Of a stretch of 64,000 bases of DNA, positions 28,256 to 37,444 are shown in pieces. The stretch comes from an uncultured Nitrososphaerota archaeon. GTDB taxonomy: Archaea > Thermoproteota > Nitrososphaeria > Nitrososphaerales > Gagatemarchaeaceae. The stretch covers positions 96,001-160,000 of the forward strand of contig CAWISW010000003.1 in NCBI GenBank assembly GCA_963838925.1. The letters run 5' to 3'. The notes under the pieces are model-generated. The model saw only the letters and a list, made by a program, of their open reading frames with translations, did not search any database and was not told where the DNA came from. Every line of letters begins with the position of its first letter. Position 1 is the first letter of the stretch. The translations under genes were made by a program, and so were the position numbers.

Positions 28256-29284
28256 CTATCGCGCCCGCGTCCTGGCGCTCGCCCTCTTCAGTGACGACCT
28301 CATCCGCCCGACGAGCCGGCCGTCGGCTTCCACCCCCGCCCTCCTGAGGAGGAGGACGACCGCCCCGCACGCGGGCGGGAGCCTCGGCTCGACGAACCTA
28401 GCCGACGGGGCCGCTGCGTGCACCTCCGCCTCGAGCGGTCCGAGAACTGGCTTGCCTGCCTTGAACACGCCTCCGTTGAGGGAGACCCCGAAGCGGGCGT
28501 CGAGCATGCCGAGCCTGGCTGCGGCCGACACGACGAGCCCCCCGAGGACCTTGCCCTTCTCGTTGAGTATCTTCGCGGCGACCTCGTCGCCGCGGGCCGC
28601 CGCCTCGCTGACGAGCGCCGACAGGGAGGCGACCTGCGAGACGGTCATGTGGCCCGCGTAGACCCGCGCGATGATCCCCTGAGGCTCCTCGGCCCTGAGC
28701 CTCCGCATGATCAGCCCGAGGAGCATGGTCTTGGGGCCGCGGCCGTCGTAGTCTCTCATCGCCGCGTACATCGCGTCCCTCCCGATGTCGTAGGCGCTCC
28801 CCCGGTCGTCGACGATGTGGCCCCAGCCCCCGACCCTGACGACCTTCCTCCCGCCCTCGCGCTGGGCCGCCGCCACGCACCCCGTCCCCGCGATCAGGGC
28901 GACCCCGGGCTCGTCGATGAAGGCGCCCGCCACGGCGGTCCTCCAGTCGTTCACGACGAGGTCGCTGCGCCTGGCCGCCGCGCCCAGCTTGAGCGACCGG
29001 ATCCCTCTCTTCATGGTCGCGATGTCCTGGGGCGAGTCGAGCCCGGCGAGCCCGAAGCACGCCTCGAGGCCCAGCCTACCCTCCGCCAGCCCCGACTGGG
29101 AGAGCGCCCCCTCGAAGGACCGCCGCAGCGACGCTAGGGCGTTTCGCATCCCCGTGTTGTGGTAGTTTGATCGGCCCCCCGTGCCCACTCCGAGGATGGC
29201 GCCCTTGTGGTCGCAGAGCACGCAGGTCGTCCGAGTCCCGCCGCCGTCGAAGCCGGCGTAGACGCGGGTCCCAGCCGCCTCCAC
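28256..29284 (-). CDS. BadF/BadG/BcrA/BcrD ATPase-family sugar (GlcNAc-type) kinase
   Basis: 'GFDGGGTRT', 'GLAGLD', 'VVND', 'IAGTG', 'RVGGWG..D.GS'. Confidence 0.9.
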   Translation of the reverse strand: MEAAGTRVYAGFDGGGTRTTCVLCDHKGAILGVGTGGRSNYHNTGMRNALASLRRSFEGALSQSGLAEGRLGLEACFGLAGLDSPQDIATMKRGIRSLKLGAAARRSDLVVNDWRTAVAGAFIDEPGVALIAGTGCVAAAQREGGRKVVRVGGWGHIVDDRGSAYDIGRDAMYAAMRDYDGRGPKTMLLGLIMRRLRAEEPQGIIARVYAGHMTVSQVASLSALVSEAAARGDEVAAKILNEKGKVLGGLVVSAAARLGMLDARFGVSLNGGVFKAGKPVLGPLEAEVHAAAPSARFVEPRLPPACGAVVLLLRRAGVEADGRLVGRMRSSLKRASARTRAR

Positions 29285-29290
29285 GGGCAG

Positions 29291-30697
29291 CTACGCCGCC
29301 TCCACGTACTTCCCGGGGTTCATGATGCCCTCGGGGTCGAAGAGCTTCTTGATCTCCTTCATCAGCCTCAGGGCCTCCTCGCCTTCGTGGGCCTCGAACT
29401 GCTCGCGTAGGAGCCCCGCCTTCTGGGCCCCGACCCCGTGCTCCCCCGTGACCGAGCCCCCGACGCTTATCCCGAAGCGGCAGATCTCCTCGAAGGCCCG
29501 CTTGGCCGCCGCGCGGCTCCCCTTGTCTCCCTCGTCGTAGAGGATGACGGGGTGGACGTTCCCGTCCCCGGCGTGGCCGTTGACCAGGATGAGCAGCCCG
29601 TGCTTAGAGGCGGTCTCCTTCACCATCATCAGGTACTCGCCCAGCCTCTCGATGGGGACGACGATGTCCTCCACCTGCACCGCCTTGCCGAGGCCACGTA
29701 TCGCGAGGTACGCCATCGACCGGATCTGGTAGAAGTCTTCGGCCTCGTCCTCGTCCTTCGCGATGAGGACCTTGCTCGGCTCGCTGCGGCTGAAGATCTC
29801 CATGGCGGCCCCGAGCGACTGCTCTTCGATGTCGACTATCAGAGTGGCCTCCGCCTCCTCGAGGCTCATGCCCATGTTCTTGTTGAGGGCCTGGACGGTC
29901 TCCTTGTCCAAGAACTCGAACATGTGGGGCATTATCCTGGACTCCCGGAGCTCGCAGATGGCGTCGCTCGCGGACGTCCAGTCGTCGAATGTCAGGAGGA
30001 GGCGCTTCGGCCTGGTCTGGGGGAGCGGGATGATCTTGAGGCACGCCTCCGTGACGACTCCGAGGGTCCCCTCGCTCCCCACCATCAGGTGGACGAGGTC
30101 GAACCCGGCCCGGTTCTTCGCGAGCGGCTCCCCGAAGTTGGAGGCCCTGCCGTTGGGGAGGACGACCCGCAGCGCGACGACCCAGTCCTTGACGGTCCCG
30201 TACTTCACGCAGCGGAGCCCCCCGGAGCCCTCCGCGACCGCGCCGCCCACCGTGCAGAGCGAGCTGCTCGCGGGGTCGGGCGGGAAGAAGAACCCGTCCT
30301 TCTGGAGCCGCTTGTTCAGGTCCTCGAGGGTGATGCCGGCCTGAGCCCGCGCGTACCAGTTCACGGTGTCGACCTTCAGCACGGCGTCCATCCTCCGCAT
30401 GTCGAGGATGATCGCGCCCTTGGACACCGACGCCCCCGTGAGGCTGGTGCCCGCGCCTCTGGGCACGATCGGGACCTTCCTCCTGGCGGCGAGCGCGACT
30501 ATCCTCCTCACCTCGTCCTCGTTTCCAGGCCTCACCGCGACGGCCGGCGTGGCGCGGTAGCCCGCCATGTCCTCGGAGTACACCTCCAGCTGCGAGGCCC
30601 CCGAGAGGACGTTCTGCGCGCCGCTTATCCCGGCAAGCTCGGCCGCGAGGCCCGTCCCCGGAGCGGACCGGCTCCTGCTGCTCGCTCTCTTGGGCAA
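29291..30697 (-). CDS. FAD-linked oxidoreductase, GlcD/D-lactate dehydrogenase family
   Basis: 'PRGAGTSL', 'FFPPDPAS', 'GSEGTLG', 'HAGDGNVH', 'GEHGVG', 'DPEGIMNPGK'; likely TTG start at 30697. Confidence 0.92.
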   Translation of the reverse strand: MPKRASSRSRSAPGTGLAAELAGISGAQNVLSGASQLEVYSEDMAGYRATPAVAVRPGNEDEVRRIVALAARRKVPIVPRGAGTSLTGASVSKGAIILDMRRMDAVLKVDTVNWYARAQAGITLEDLNKRLQKDGFFFPPDPASSSLCTVGGAVAEGSGGLRCVKYGTVKDWVVALRVVLPNGRASNFGEPLAKNRAGFDLVHLMVGSEGTLGVVTEACLKIIPLPQTRPKRLLLTFDDWTSASDAICELRESRIMPHMFEFLDKETVQALNKNMGMSLEEAEATLIVDIEEQSLGAAMEIFSRSEPSKVLIAKDEDEAEDFYQIRSMAYLAIRGLGKAVQVEDIVVPIERLGEYLMMVKETASKHGLLILVNGHAGDGNVHPVILYDEGDKGSRAAAKRAFEEICRFGISVGGSVTGEHGVGAQKAGLLREQFEAHEGEEALRLMKEIKKLFDPEGIMNPGKYVEAA

Positions 30698-30711
30698 GCA
30701 GGTCACCCCGG

Positions 30712-31707
30712 CTACGCGAATATCCCCAGGACGGCGTCGTCGGCCAGGGCTACCGCGTAGCCCGCAATGCCCCGGATGTCCCTGAGTATGAGCGAGAGGC
30801 GGTAGGCGTTCTTCTCCTCGTAGGCCGCGGGAAGCTTGTACCCGCTCTCGTAGAGCTGCCTCACCTGGGGCATCTTCTGGAAGACCGAGTTCGCGGAGAC
30901 GATGTCCTTCGAGAGGAGGGCCTTCAAGGCGAGCCCCTGCATGTCCGCGGTGGTCTTGGACATCCTCTGGACTATGGACACGAAGTTCCTGTCGGGCCTC
31001 TGCGTGAGCGCGGCGACGTGCTGGCCCACCCACATCGCGTAGTAGGCGATGCGCCCGAGCTCCCTCGTGGCGATGGTCATGACTATGACCTGCGAGACGT
31101 CTGAGAGGTTCATCTCATCCCTCAGCTTCCTGCTCTTCGCCGCCTGGAAGGCGAGCCTCATCATGAGCCTGTAGACCTTGGTGCTCTGCGCTCCCCTCGA
31201 GGCGGCGTCCTGGGCGAGGGTGGCGTCTCCGCGGTCGAGGGCGGCCACGGCGTCGCTCAGGACGGCCGTGGACGTGGCGGAGAACCTCCCGATGGTGTCG
31301 AGGAGGCTGAACTTCGCGGGGTCGATGAGGTTGATGAGGTCGACGTGGTCCGCGTAGTCCTCGGAGACCTCCACTCCCATTATCCCCTCGAGCGTCTGGC
31401 GGATCATCTGCTTGTGGTGGGGCTGCATCTTGTTGCTCGAGGAGTAGATTCTCGTCACGTCGTTGCCCTGGATGTACGACGCGGTGATGCCGAGGTCGAG
31501 GAACCTCTGGTCCTTGAGCTGGTCGATGTCGATGGTCCTCGAGTGCCCTGTGTGCTTGGGCGCCGTGGGGGTGATCACGAGGCTCCCCTCGTCCAGCTCG
31601 GTCGAGACGAGGTCTCCCTTCTTCAGCTGGAGCTGCTCGACCCACTCCTTGGGCACCGTAATCATGAAGGTGCCACCCGCCGTTGCCTGAATCTTGCGGA
31701 CTTGCAC
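30712..31707 (-). CDS. AbrB-PhoU archaeal transcriptional regulator
   Basis: 'RKIQATAGGTFMITVPKEW' AbrB domain followed by two PhoU-like helical repeats. Confidence 0.88.
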   Translation of the reverse strand: MQVRKIQATAGGTFMITVPKEWVEQLQLKKGDLVSTELDEGSLVITPTAPKHTGHSRTIDIDQLKDQRFLDLGITASYIQGNDVTRIYSSSNKMQPHHKQMIRQTLEGIMGVEVSEDYADHVDLINLIDPAKFSLLDTIGRFSATSTAVLSDAVAALDRGDATLAQDAASRGAQSTKVYRLMMRLAFQAAKSRKLRDEMNLSDVSQVIVMTIATRELGRIAYYAMWVGQHVAALTQRPDRNFVSIVQRMSKTTADMQGLALKALLSKDIVSANSVFQKMPQVRQLYESGYKLPAAYEEKNAYRLSLILRDIRGIAGYAVALADDAVLGIFA

Positions 31708-31765
31708 ATTACTGCTATTCTCCCCGCAGATTATAAAATTTCTGGAAAAATCGATAGAATACGTG

Positions 31766-31814
31766 TTCTACGAAGAATATCGATACTTCGTAGGTGATGT
31801 ATGTATTCTACGAA
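31766..31814. promoter_or_regulatory. Putative operator in an AT-rich divergent promoter
   Basis: Inverted repeat CTACGAAG (31768-75) / CTTCGTAG (31786-93); TTCTACGAA repeated at 31766 and 31806. Confidence 0.6.
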
Positions 31815-31849
31815 AATCCTTAAAGCGCGCCCGGCCCCCGTTTCCCACC

Positions 31850-31972
31850 ATGAGTCAGGAGCTCGACGGCAAGCGCAACGCGCGCGCGCCGCTCAACGAA
31901 GAGGAGTCAGCAGACGTTCGAGCAAAGGCCATGTCCTACGCGCTCGTGAACAGGCACTCGCCACCCTTCTGA
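31850..31972 (+). CDS. 40-aa hypothetical microprotein (MSQELDGKRN...HSPPF)
   Basis: ATG about 27 nt after a CCTTAAAG TATA-like box; host-like codons. Confidence 0.45.
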   Translation: MSQELDGKRNARAPLNEEESADVRAKAMSYALVNRHSPPF

Positions 31973-32034
31973 GAGCAGCGCTCTCGCGGACGGATTTCGC
32001 AGTATAAGCCAGCTAGCGTAGCGGCCGTTCCGGC

Positions 32035-33123
32035 TCACTTCGTCAGAACGCCCTTGGGCAGCACGGCCATTATGTCAGGGTGCTTGCTCTTAATCGACTG
32101 CTCCGAGAGGGGGAAGAGGCCCGACTTCAGCGCCCTCCTCACGTTGTAGCGGATGAACTGCTTGTACCGCGAGTCCCCGATGTATGCGACCACCGCGTCG
32201 GTGGCGGTGGCCTCGTCCATGCCCCTCACGGTCGTGAAGTAGGGGGCGAGGATTAGCCAGATGACGCGGTGCCTCCCGTCCGTTATCGGGTTCTCCAGAA
32301 GGCGCTTGATGTAGTCGAACTGGTTCTGTTGGCGGGGCGGGGGCCTTGGGATCTGGGGCCTGAACTCCTCGACCAGAGACTGGACGAACTCGGGGACGGG
32401 CGCAGACCTCAGCGACCTCATTCCCGAGATCATCAGGCCCTGGACAAGGGCGGCGAAGAGGTCCCTGACGTCGTTGACCGAGAAGTAGACGAGCCCCCCG
32501 CTCAGCCGCGTGTTGACGAGCTGCCACCTGGCCTCCCGCGTGAGCTCGTACTCGGTGGTCACCTCGAGGTACTTCTCGAACGGGCAGGTTATCACCGCGG
32601 CCCCGCCTCCGCCCCGCTCCGTCCCGGGCTCGACCCCGAGTTCGAGCCCCGCGGCCTCCTTGAGCAGGCCGATCATCTGCTGGGGGGCCTCCTTGACGAA
32701 GAAGGTCTTGGCGCGGGCGGCTTCCGTCCTCGCGAGGGCGAGGGTGAGGAAGGGCTCGTTCTTCGACGCGAGCACCGCGACGAAGTAGCTGTAGAACTCT
32801 ATCACGTCCTCCGGGTTGTTCGTGTCCCCCGTCCGCCTCTCGTACTGCTCGTAGCCCAGCATGCGCACGTTCTGGACGTCGAAATTGGGGTTCTTCACGG
32901 CGAGCGCGAGGCGGTAGCGCGCCTGGTCGAGTATGGGCCTGTTGACCGACTTCACGACCTCGTCGAGCGGGTAGTTGAGGAGGAAGTCCCTCGCGGACCT
33001 GAGGAAGGGGTACTTCACCAGCTTCGGGTCGACGTTCAAGGCGAGCTTCGGTTCCTCTCGGAGAGGAGCCTCAGATAACGCTATGTTTTCTTCCTGGTTT
33101 CGTCCGCCCGGGGATGGGATCAA
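32035..33123 (-). CDS. Primase accessory subunit: PriL N-terminal domain fused to a PriX-like domain (start uncertain)
   Basis: 'KYPFL..A', 'WQLVN..L..G.VY' (PriL); 'YIKRLLENPITDGRHRVIWLILAPYF..VRG', 'GLFPLS' (PriX); no Fe-S Cys set. Confidence 0.75.
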   Translation of the reverse strand: MIPSPGGRNQEENIALSEAPLREEPKLALNVDPKLVKYPFLRSARDFLLNYPLDEVVKSVNRPILDQARYRLALAVKNPNFDVQNVRMLGYEQYERRTGDTNNPEDVIEFYSYFVAVLASKNEPFLTLALARTEAARAKTFFVKEAPQQMIGLLKEAAGLELGVEPGTERGGGGAAVITCPFEKYLEVTTEYELTREARWQLVNTRLSGGLVYFSVNDVRDLFAALVQGLMISGMRSLRSAPVPEFVQSLVEEFRPQIPRPPPRQQNQFDYIKRLLENPITDGRHRVIWLILAPYFTTVRGMDEATATDAVVAYIGDSRYKQFIRYNVRRALKSGLFPLSEQSIKSKHPDIMAVLPKGVLTK

Positions 33124-33226
33124 GCCTCTGCGCCGATGACAGGTTCGGAGCGCCTATATCCCCCGATGCGCTCGGAGGGGAGGCGACCAGGCGAGGTATA
33201 TAGCGGGCAGGCGGTTCTGCCGTACG

Positions 33227-33379
33227 ATGGCCAGGGGACCGATCAGGTGCGCGGAGTGCAACTGCCACCCGGCGATATGCCTGGCCGCCGAGACGGCGAG
33301 GGATTGCAAGGGGTGCTCGCAGGCGGCGAACTCGTTCGCCGCGGAGTGCTGCTGGCAGGCCGCCCACGGCCTCGCGTGA
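33227..33379 (+). CDS. 50-aa Cys-rich microprotein (metallothionein-like)
   Basis: MARGPIRCAECNCHPAICLAAETARDCKGCSQAANSFAAECCWQAAHGLA; TATATA about 25 nt upstream. Confidence 0.65.
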   Translation: MARGPIRCAECNCHPAICLAAETARDCKGCSQAANSFAAECCWQAAHGLA

Positions 33380-33430
33380 GCACGGACCCTTGCTAGTGCT
33401 TATATTCGAATCCCGACGCATTGCTGAGCC

Positions 33431-34075
33431 ATGGCGGCGCTTTCCCAGGCCAAGACGCTCGGCGGGGTGGGGTCGATTCTCATCTTCATCCCGTTTGTCA
33501 GCATAATCGGATACGTCCTCCTTGCGGTCGCAGTGAAGGAGGTCTCCGACGACCTCGGGGACCCGAGCATCTTCAGGAACATCCTGATCGCTGTCGGCAC
33601 GGGGATCGTCGGAGCCCTGGCGGGGGCAGGAGTGATCTTCCTCGGAGTGATGGGGTCCGGCTTCACCTTCGGCGCCTCCGCGATCGCGGGGCTGCTGGGA
33701 GGGCTGTTCATAGTCTGGGTGTTCCTCGTAATCTCGGCGGTCTTCCTCAGAAGGGCGTACGACACGATGGGCACGAAGCTGAACGTCGGGACCTTCAAGA
33801 CGGCCGCGACGCTGTATCTGATAGGCGCCGCCCTGACCATAGTCCTCGTCGGGTTCATCCTGCTTTTCGTCGCGGAGATCGTGCAGGCGGTCGCGTTCTT
33901 CTCGATCCCCGACCAGCCTCCGTCGCAGGGCGGGGCGGCCCCCATGGGTCCATCGCCCGCGCCCTCCTCCTCGATGCCGCCCGCCGCCGACTCCTCGAAG
34001 TTCTGCACGAGCTGCGGGACCAAGATATCGCCGACGGCGACGTTCTGCTACAAGTGCGGCTCGAAGCAGCCGTAG
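33431..34075 (+). CDS. DUF996-family membrane protein with C-terminal zinc ribbon
   Basis: 'AKTLGGVGSIL', 'FKTAATLYLIGA.LTIVLVG', 'FCTSCG...FCYKCG'. Confidence 0.85.
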   Translation: MAALSQAKTLGGVGSILIFIPFVSIIGYVLLAVAVKEVSDDLGDPSIFRNILIAVGTGIVGALAGAGVIFLGVMGSGFTFGASAIAGLLGGLFIVWVFLVISAVFLRRAYDTMGTKLNVGTFKTAATLYLIGAALTIVLVGFILLFVAEIVQAVAFFSIPDQPPSQGGAAPMGPSPAPSSSMPPAADSSKFCTSCGTKISPTATFCYKCGSKQP

Positions 34076-34084
34076 GTCCGCGGG

Positions 34085-34810
34085 CTAGAGGCTTGCGGCG
34101 GACACGCTGGCGGTCGTGGCCGTCGCCTGGGACTGGACGCTCACCAGGTCGCAGTTCTGGAGGTAGATCTGGTGCCCGACCACCGGCGAATAGACCACTC
34201 CCTCGACCAGGCACTTTGCGAGCACGGTCGCCCCCTGGACGAGCTGGCCCACCTGGGTCTGGGTGCTCCAGACCAGGATGACGGTCCCGGAGTTGACCGA
34301 GGAGAAGTACTGGCCGGTGCTAAAGTCCTGGCTGACACCGAAGTCGAGGCTGTCCTGGATGAAAAGCGTCTTGTTCGTGTACGAGGCGTCGGCCTGGGTC
34401 TGGTTGGACGCGTAAGCGGCGTAGAGCTGCTGGCCCGTGAAGGGGCTGCTCGCCGAGTTCACCGTGGGGCTGCCGCCTGGCCCTATCCCCAGCATCCCCG
34501 ACTCGAAGGTCGTCGCGACGAGGAGGACCGCCAGGATCACGATGACCGCGAGGAGGAGGCTCCTCCTCCCCCTCGACGAGGAGCGCCCGCTCTCCTCGGG
34601 AGAGGGCGGGGGGGGCGGCGGGACTGCGAACCCGCCTTCGTCGGAGGGAGCCGTCACCAGAGGGGGCGACGTGGAGGTCATCCCGGAGTTGAAGTGCGAG
34701 GGGGACATGTCAGACTGCGCGACGGTGAAGTCCATGGACTTGGCCCCGCAGTCGGGGCAGAAGAGGGCGTCCGCGGGGAGCTCCCGGCCGCAGCTCGCGC
34801 AGCTAGTCAA
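34085..34810 (-). CDS. Zinc-ribbon + TM + putative OB-fold protein
   Basis: 'CASCG...FCPDCG', Pro-rich linker, TM, 'LYAAYASNQTQADASYTNK'. Confidence 0.75.
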   Translation of the reverse strand: MTSCASCGRELPADALFCPDCGAKSMDFTVAQSDMSPSHFNSGMTSTSPPLVTAPSDEGGFAVPPPPPPSPEESGRSSSRGRRSLLLAVIVILAVLLVATTFESGMLGIGPGGSPTVNSASSPFTGQQLYAAYASNQTQADASYTNKTLFIQDSLDFGVSQDFSTGQYFSSVNSGTVILVWSTQTQVGQLVQGATVLAKCLVEGVVYSPVVGHQIYLQNCDLVSVQSQATATTASVSAASL

Positions 34811-34872
34811 GAGGGTCTTCGAGCGCGAGCGTCGATATAAATCGCGTGGAACGACCGTCTATGACCTGTTGC

Positions 34873-35115
34873 CTACTTTGTGTGGGCGGGCTTGAAGACG
34901 AAGCCGTCGAGGATCTGGCGGAGGTCCTTCTTCTCCTTCTGCGACTGCTTGAAGAGCTCGTTCCTCCTGGCCGGAGGCAGCTTGTTCCAGTACTTCGCCA
35001 CCTCGTCCTTAACTTCGAAGACGTAGAAGTCTCCCTGCTTGAACGGGACGTCCCGCCCCTTCTCCACTGTGGGAGCGACGCCGGACTTGTCGTCGCTTAC
35101 CCTAATCGAGGTCAT
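34873..35115 (-). CDS. Hypothetical protein (80 aa)
   Basis: Host-like codon usage; CTTAAAG about 25 nt upstream. Confidence 0.65.
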   Translation of the reverse strand: MTSIRVSDDKSGVAPTVEKGRDVPFKQGDFYVFEVKDEVAKYWNKLPPARRNELFKQSQKEKKDLRQILDGFVFKPAHTK

Positions 35116-35312
35116 GTCGCCGTGTCCCCGGAGGCGTCCTCTTTAAGGAATGAGTCGCGGCCGAAGGTGGAGGCGGTCCCGGGGGTCAGGGGAGCCTGTC
35201 CCTGCTGAGGCCGAGCGCGAACAGCAAAAGGCCTGCGCCCAAGACGGGGAGGAAGAGGGGGCTCGGGAAGCCGGAAATTCTTAAATGCAAAGCCAAAACG
35301 CACTCCCGCGCA

Positions 35313-35393
35313 ATGTCAGCCGAAGACGGCGAAACCGACGACGACTTCGAAGACGACTTTGAGGACAACGACGATTCCGACAACGACGAGTGA
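35313..35393 (+). CDS. 26-aa hyper-acidic micropeptide
   Basis: MSAEDGETDDDFEDDFEDNDDSDNDE; TTAAAT at 35281. Confidence 0.45.
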   Translation: MSAEDGETDDDFEDDFEDNDDSDNDE

Positions 35394-35447
35394 CAGGCCA
35401 GCCTTTATCGCCTGAGGTCAGCCGCGCTGGCACGGCCGTGCCCGTGC

Positions 35448-35759
35448 CTAGCCTGTCCTGCGGGTCAGGTTGAACATGTAGCGGTTTATGCAGTCGACGT
35501 CGCTGTCGATCCTTTCGACTGACATCTTCTTGAACCTCGAGAAGATGTCCTTCAGCGCCTCCTCGTCGAGCTGGTTGACCATCTGAGGGTTGGAGAGGAA
35601 CTGCACCCATCCTATGTTGCTCTGCCTCATGAAGTCTATGCACTGGAGTATCCTGCTGGCCGCGTCGAGCCTGTCCTTGGCCTCGGCGCCCTCAAGCTCC
35701 TTCTTCAGGAGGATAATTGAGTCCCTCACGTCCTGTATGTTGGTGTCCCAATTGCTCAT
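35448..35759 (-). CDS. DUF2153-family protein
   Basis: 'DRLD...CIDFMRQSNIGWVQFLSNP..V...DEE.LK'. Confidence 0.75.
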   Translation of the reverse strand: MSNWDTNIQDVRDSIILLKKELEGAEAKDRLDAASRILQCIDFMRQSNIGWVQFLSNPQMVNQLDEEALKDIFSRFKKMSVERIDSDVDCINRYMFNLTRRTG

Positions 35760-35928
35760 CGGTCTCGAGCTGTTCGGGACCGCGCCCGGCTTTAACGGTT
35801 TCACGCTCGAAGGCCCGGAGGACGGTGGCAGGCGAGCCCTGACGCCCAGCGTCCCGAAACGGGCTTGCAATTATGTATCGGAAATTCATTAAAACTTTAT
35901 ACATCTTTCAACAGTTCGAAGCTCAGAT

Positions 35929-36288
35929 TTGAGCCTCGCGCAGCCCGCAAGCGAAGAGAACGCCTTCAAGGACGTGCGCAGGATGTTCCTCGAGGGAAGG
36001 AGGCTCCTCGTCTCGGGAGGGCTGCTCGCGCTGGCGTTCTGCTTCGCGATAATCCTCATCGTCTACTACGGGACCGGGCACGACCAGAACCTCGGGTTCA
36101 TCGTCGGGGACTACGTGGTCACGCTCGGGATCGCTGTGCCGGGGTTGACCCTCTACCTCCTCCGCCAGTACACCGAGCGGTCGATAAGGAGGGGCAACGC
36201 GAAGGTTTTCAGCAAGACCGCGAAGCTGGGGCTGGTCTCCATCAGTTGGGTCGTCCTGCTCGTAGTCGTCATCCTGCTTGTGGTGTAG
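35929..36288 (+). CDS. Hypothetical three-TM membrane protein
   Basis: Three hydrophobic segments; AT-rich promoter upstream. Confidence 0.7.
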   Translation: MSLAQPASEENAFKDVRRMFLEGRRLLVSGGLLALAFCFAIILIVYYGTGHDQNLGFIVGDYVVTLGIAVPGLTLYLLRQYTERSIRRGNAKVFSKTAKLGLVSISWVVLLVVVILLVV

Positions 36289-36394
36289 CGCGGATTGCCG
36301 TCCACGGCGGCAGTGCGGATTCCAGAACCCGTCCCCCGGGAGCTTCTGGAAACGGCAAAATCGGTCAATAGGAGCCCGGGGCCATGAGACCGCC

Positions 36395-36631
36395 ATGAGC
36401 GAGTACCAAGTCAAGCTCGAGGCGATAGGGGAGTACACCGACGCCCTCCGCTACAAGATGATGAACGAGGAGCTGTGCAACTCGCTCCTTGGCCTGCTGG
36501 GCCAGCTTTCGAACTACTACGAGAAGAACGGGATGGAGCTGCCCACGGAGGTCTCGAGGATAATGCAGAAGGCCTCAGATGTCCTCGACGCGAGGATCGA
36601 CGCCTCTCCGATCGCGGTCACAAACGGCTAG
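36395..36631 (+). CDS. Hypothetical helical protein (78 aa)
   Basis: Host-like codon usage from ATG 36395. Confidence 0.65.
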   Translation: MSEYQVKLEAIGEYTDALRYKMMNEELCNSLLGLLGQLSNYYEKNGMELPTEVSRIMQKASDVLDARIDASPIAVTNG

Positions 36632-36736
36632 CCGCTGCCGCCTTTTCGACGCTTTGCGTTACGGACCTGAAACACTGACTCCGACTTCATAACGCTGTTA
36701 TTAGAAAAACCGGCTCTCAAGCTCGGCGCTAGCTAG

Positions 36737-37444
36737 GTGTCCTCATCGACCAAGACTGACTTGGAGAAGCCGGTGAAGATCGCCGACCTCTTCTCAAAGT
36801 GCTCTCAGCTCGCTGCCCAAGGAGAGAAGGAGTTGGGCAGGGTCGCGAGCACGATGCTACCCGTCCTAGCCTACCTCAACGAGCCCATCGTGCTGCGGCC
36901 CGGCGCGCTCGGGGAGTCCTTCCGGGACGTCAGGACCGCCGCAATCCACTCGGGCGCGCTCGTGGTCACCACCGACTTCCATGGGAGGGTCTGGTCGAAG
37001 CCCCTTTCAAAGTTCAGGACCGCCGACTGCCTTGCGATTCTCAAGGACGCCTTCCCGGAGCTCCAGAGGCTGGTCGCCGACAAGAAGCGCGCGGCCCAGG
37101 TCAAGCCCATGCTCTCGATGCAGGTGGTCCTGGGCGGCCAGCGATTCATCGTCGACATGCGCAGCTACAGGCTCGTCGTCTCCAACTCGGGAGGGGACTG
37201 CAGGGGGCTCCGCTTGTCGATGAAGCTACCCGACGGCAGGACCAAGCCGTATCGCGAGCGCGACCTTGGCCGCGGCATGCGCGTGGAAGTCGACCTCGGG
37301 GTGTTCAAGGAGGTGGACGGGGCGGAGCGCGTCGAGCTCGGAGCGGAGTGCGAGGACGTGGACGGGCGCAAGCTCCTGGGAGGCGAGCCCGTGCCGCTGA
37401 ACGGCACGTCCCTGCAGGAATTCGTCCTGAGCAGGAAGAGCTAG
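36737..37444 (+). CDS. Hypothetical protein
   Basis: 235-aa ORF with host-like codons; shares a CTAG stop with the convergent gene. Confidence 0.7.
   Translation: MSSSTKTDLEKPVKIADLFSKCSQLAAQGEKELGRVASTMLPVLAYLNEPIVLRPGALGESFRDVRTAAIHSGALVVTTDFHGRVWSKPLSKFRTADCLAILKDAFPELQRLVADKKRAAQVKPMLSMQVVLGGQRFIVDMRSYRLVVSNSGGDCRGLRLSMKLPDGRTKPYRERDLGRGMRVEVDLGVFKEVDGAERVELGAECEDVDGRKLLGGEPVPLNGTSLQEFVLSRKS

Noticed and set aside
37441-37444. Convergent genes sharing a CTAG double stop (also 51760-51763)
   Set aside because: A common consequence of compact genomes using TAG stops
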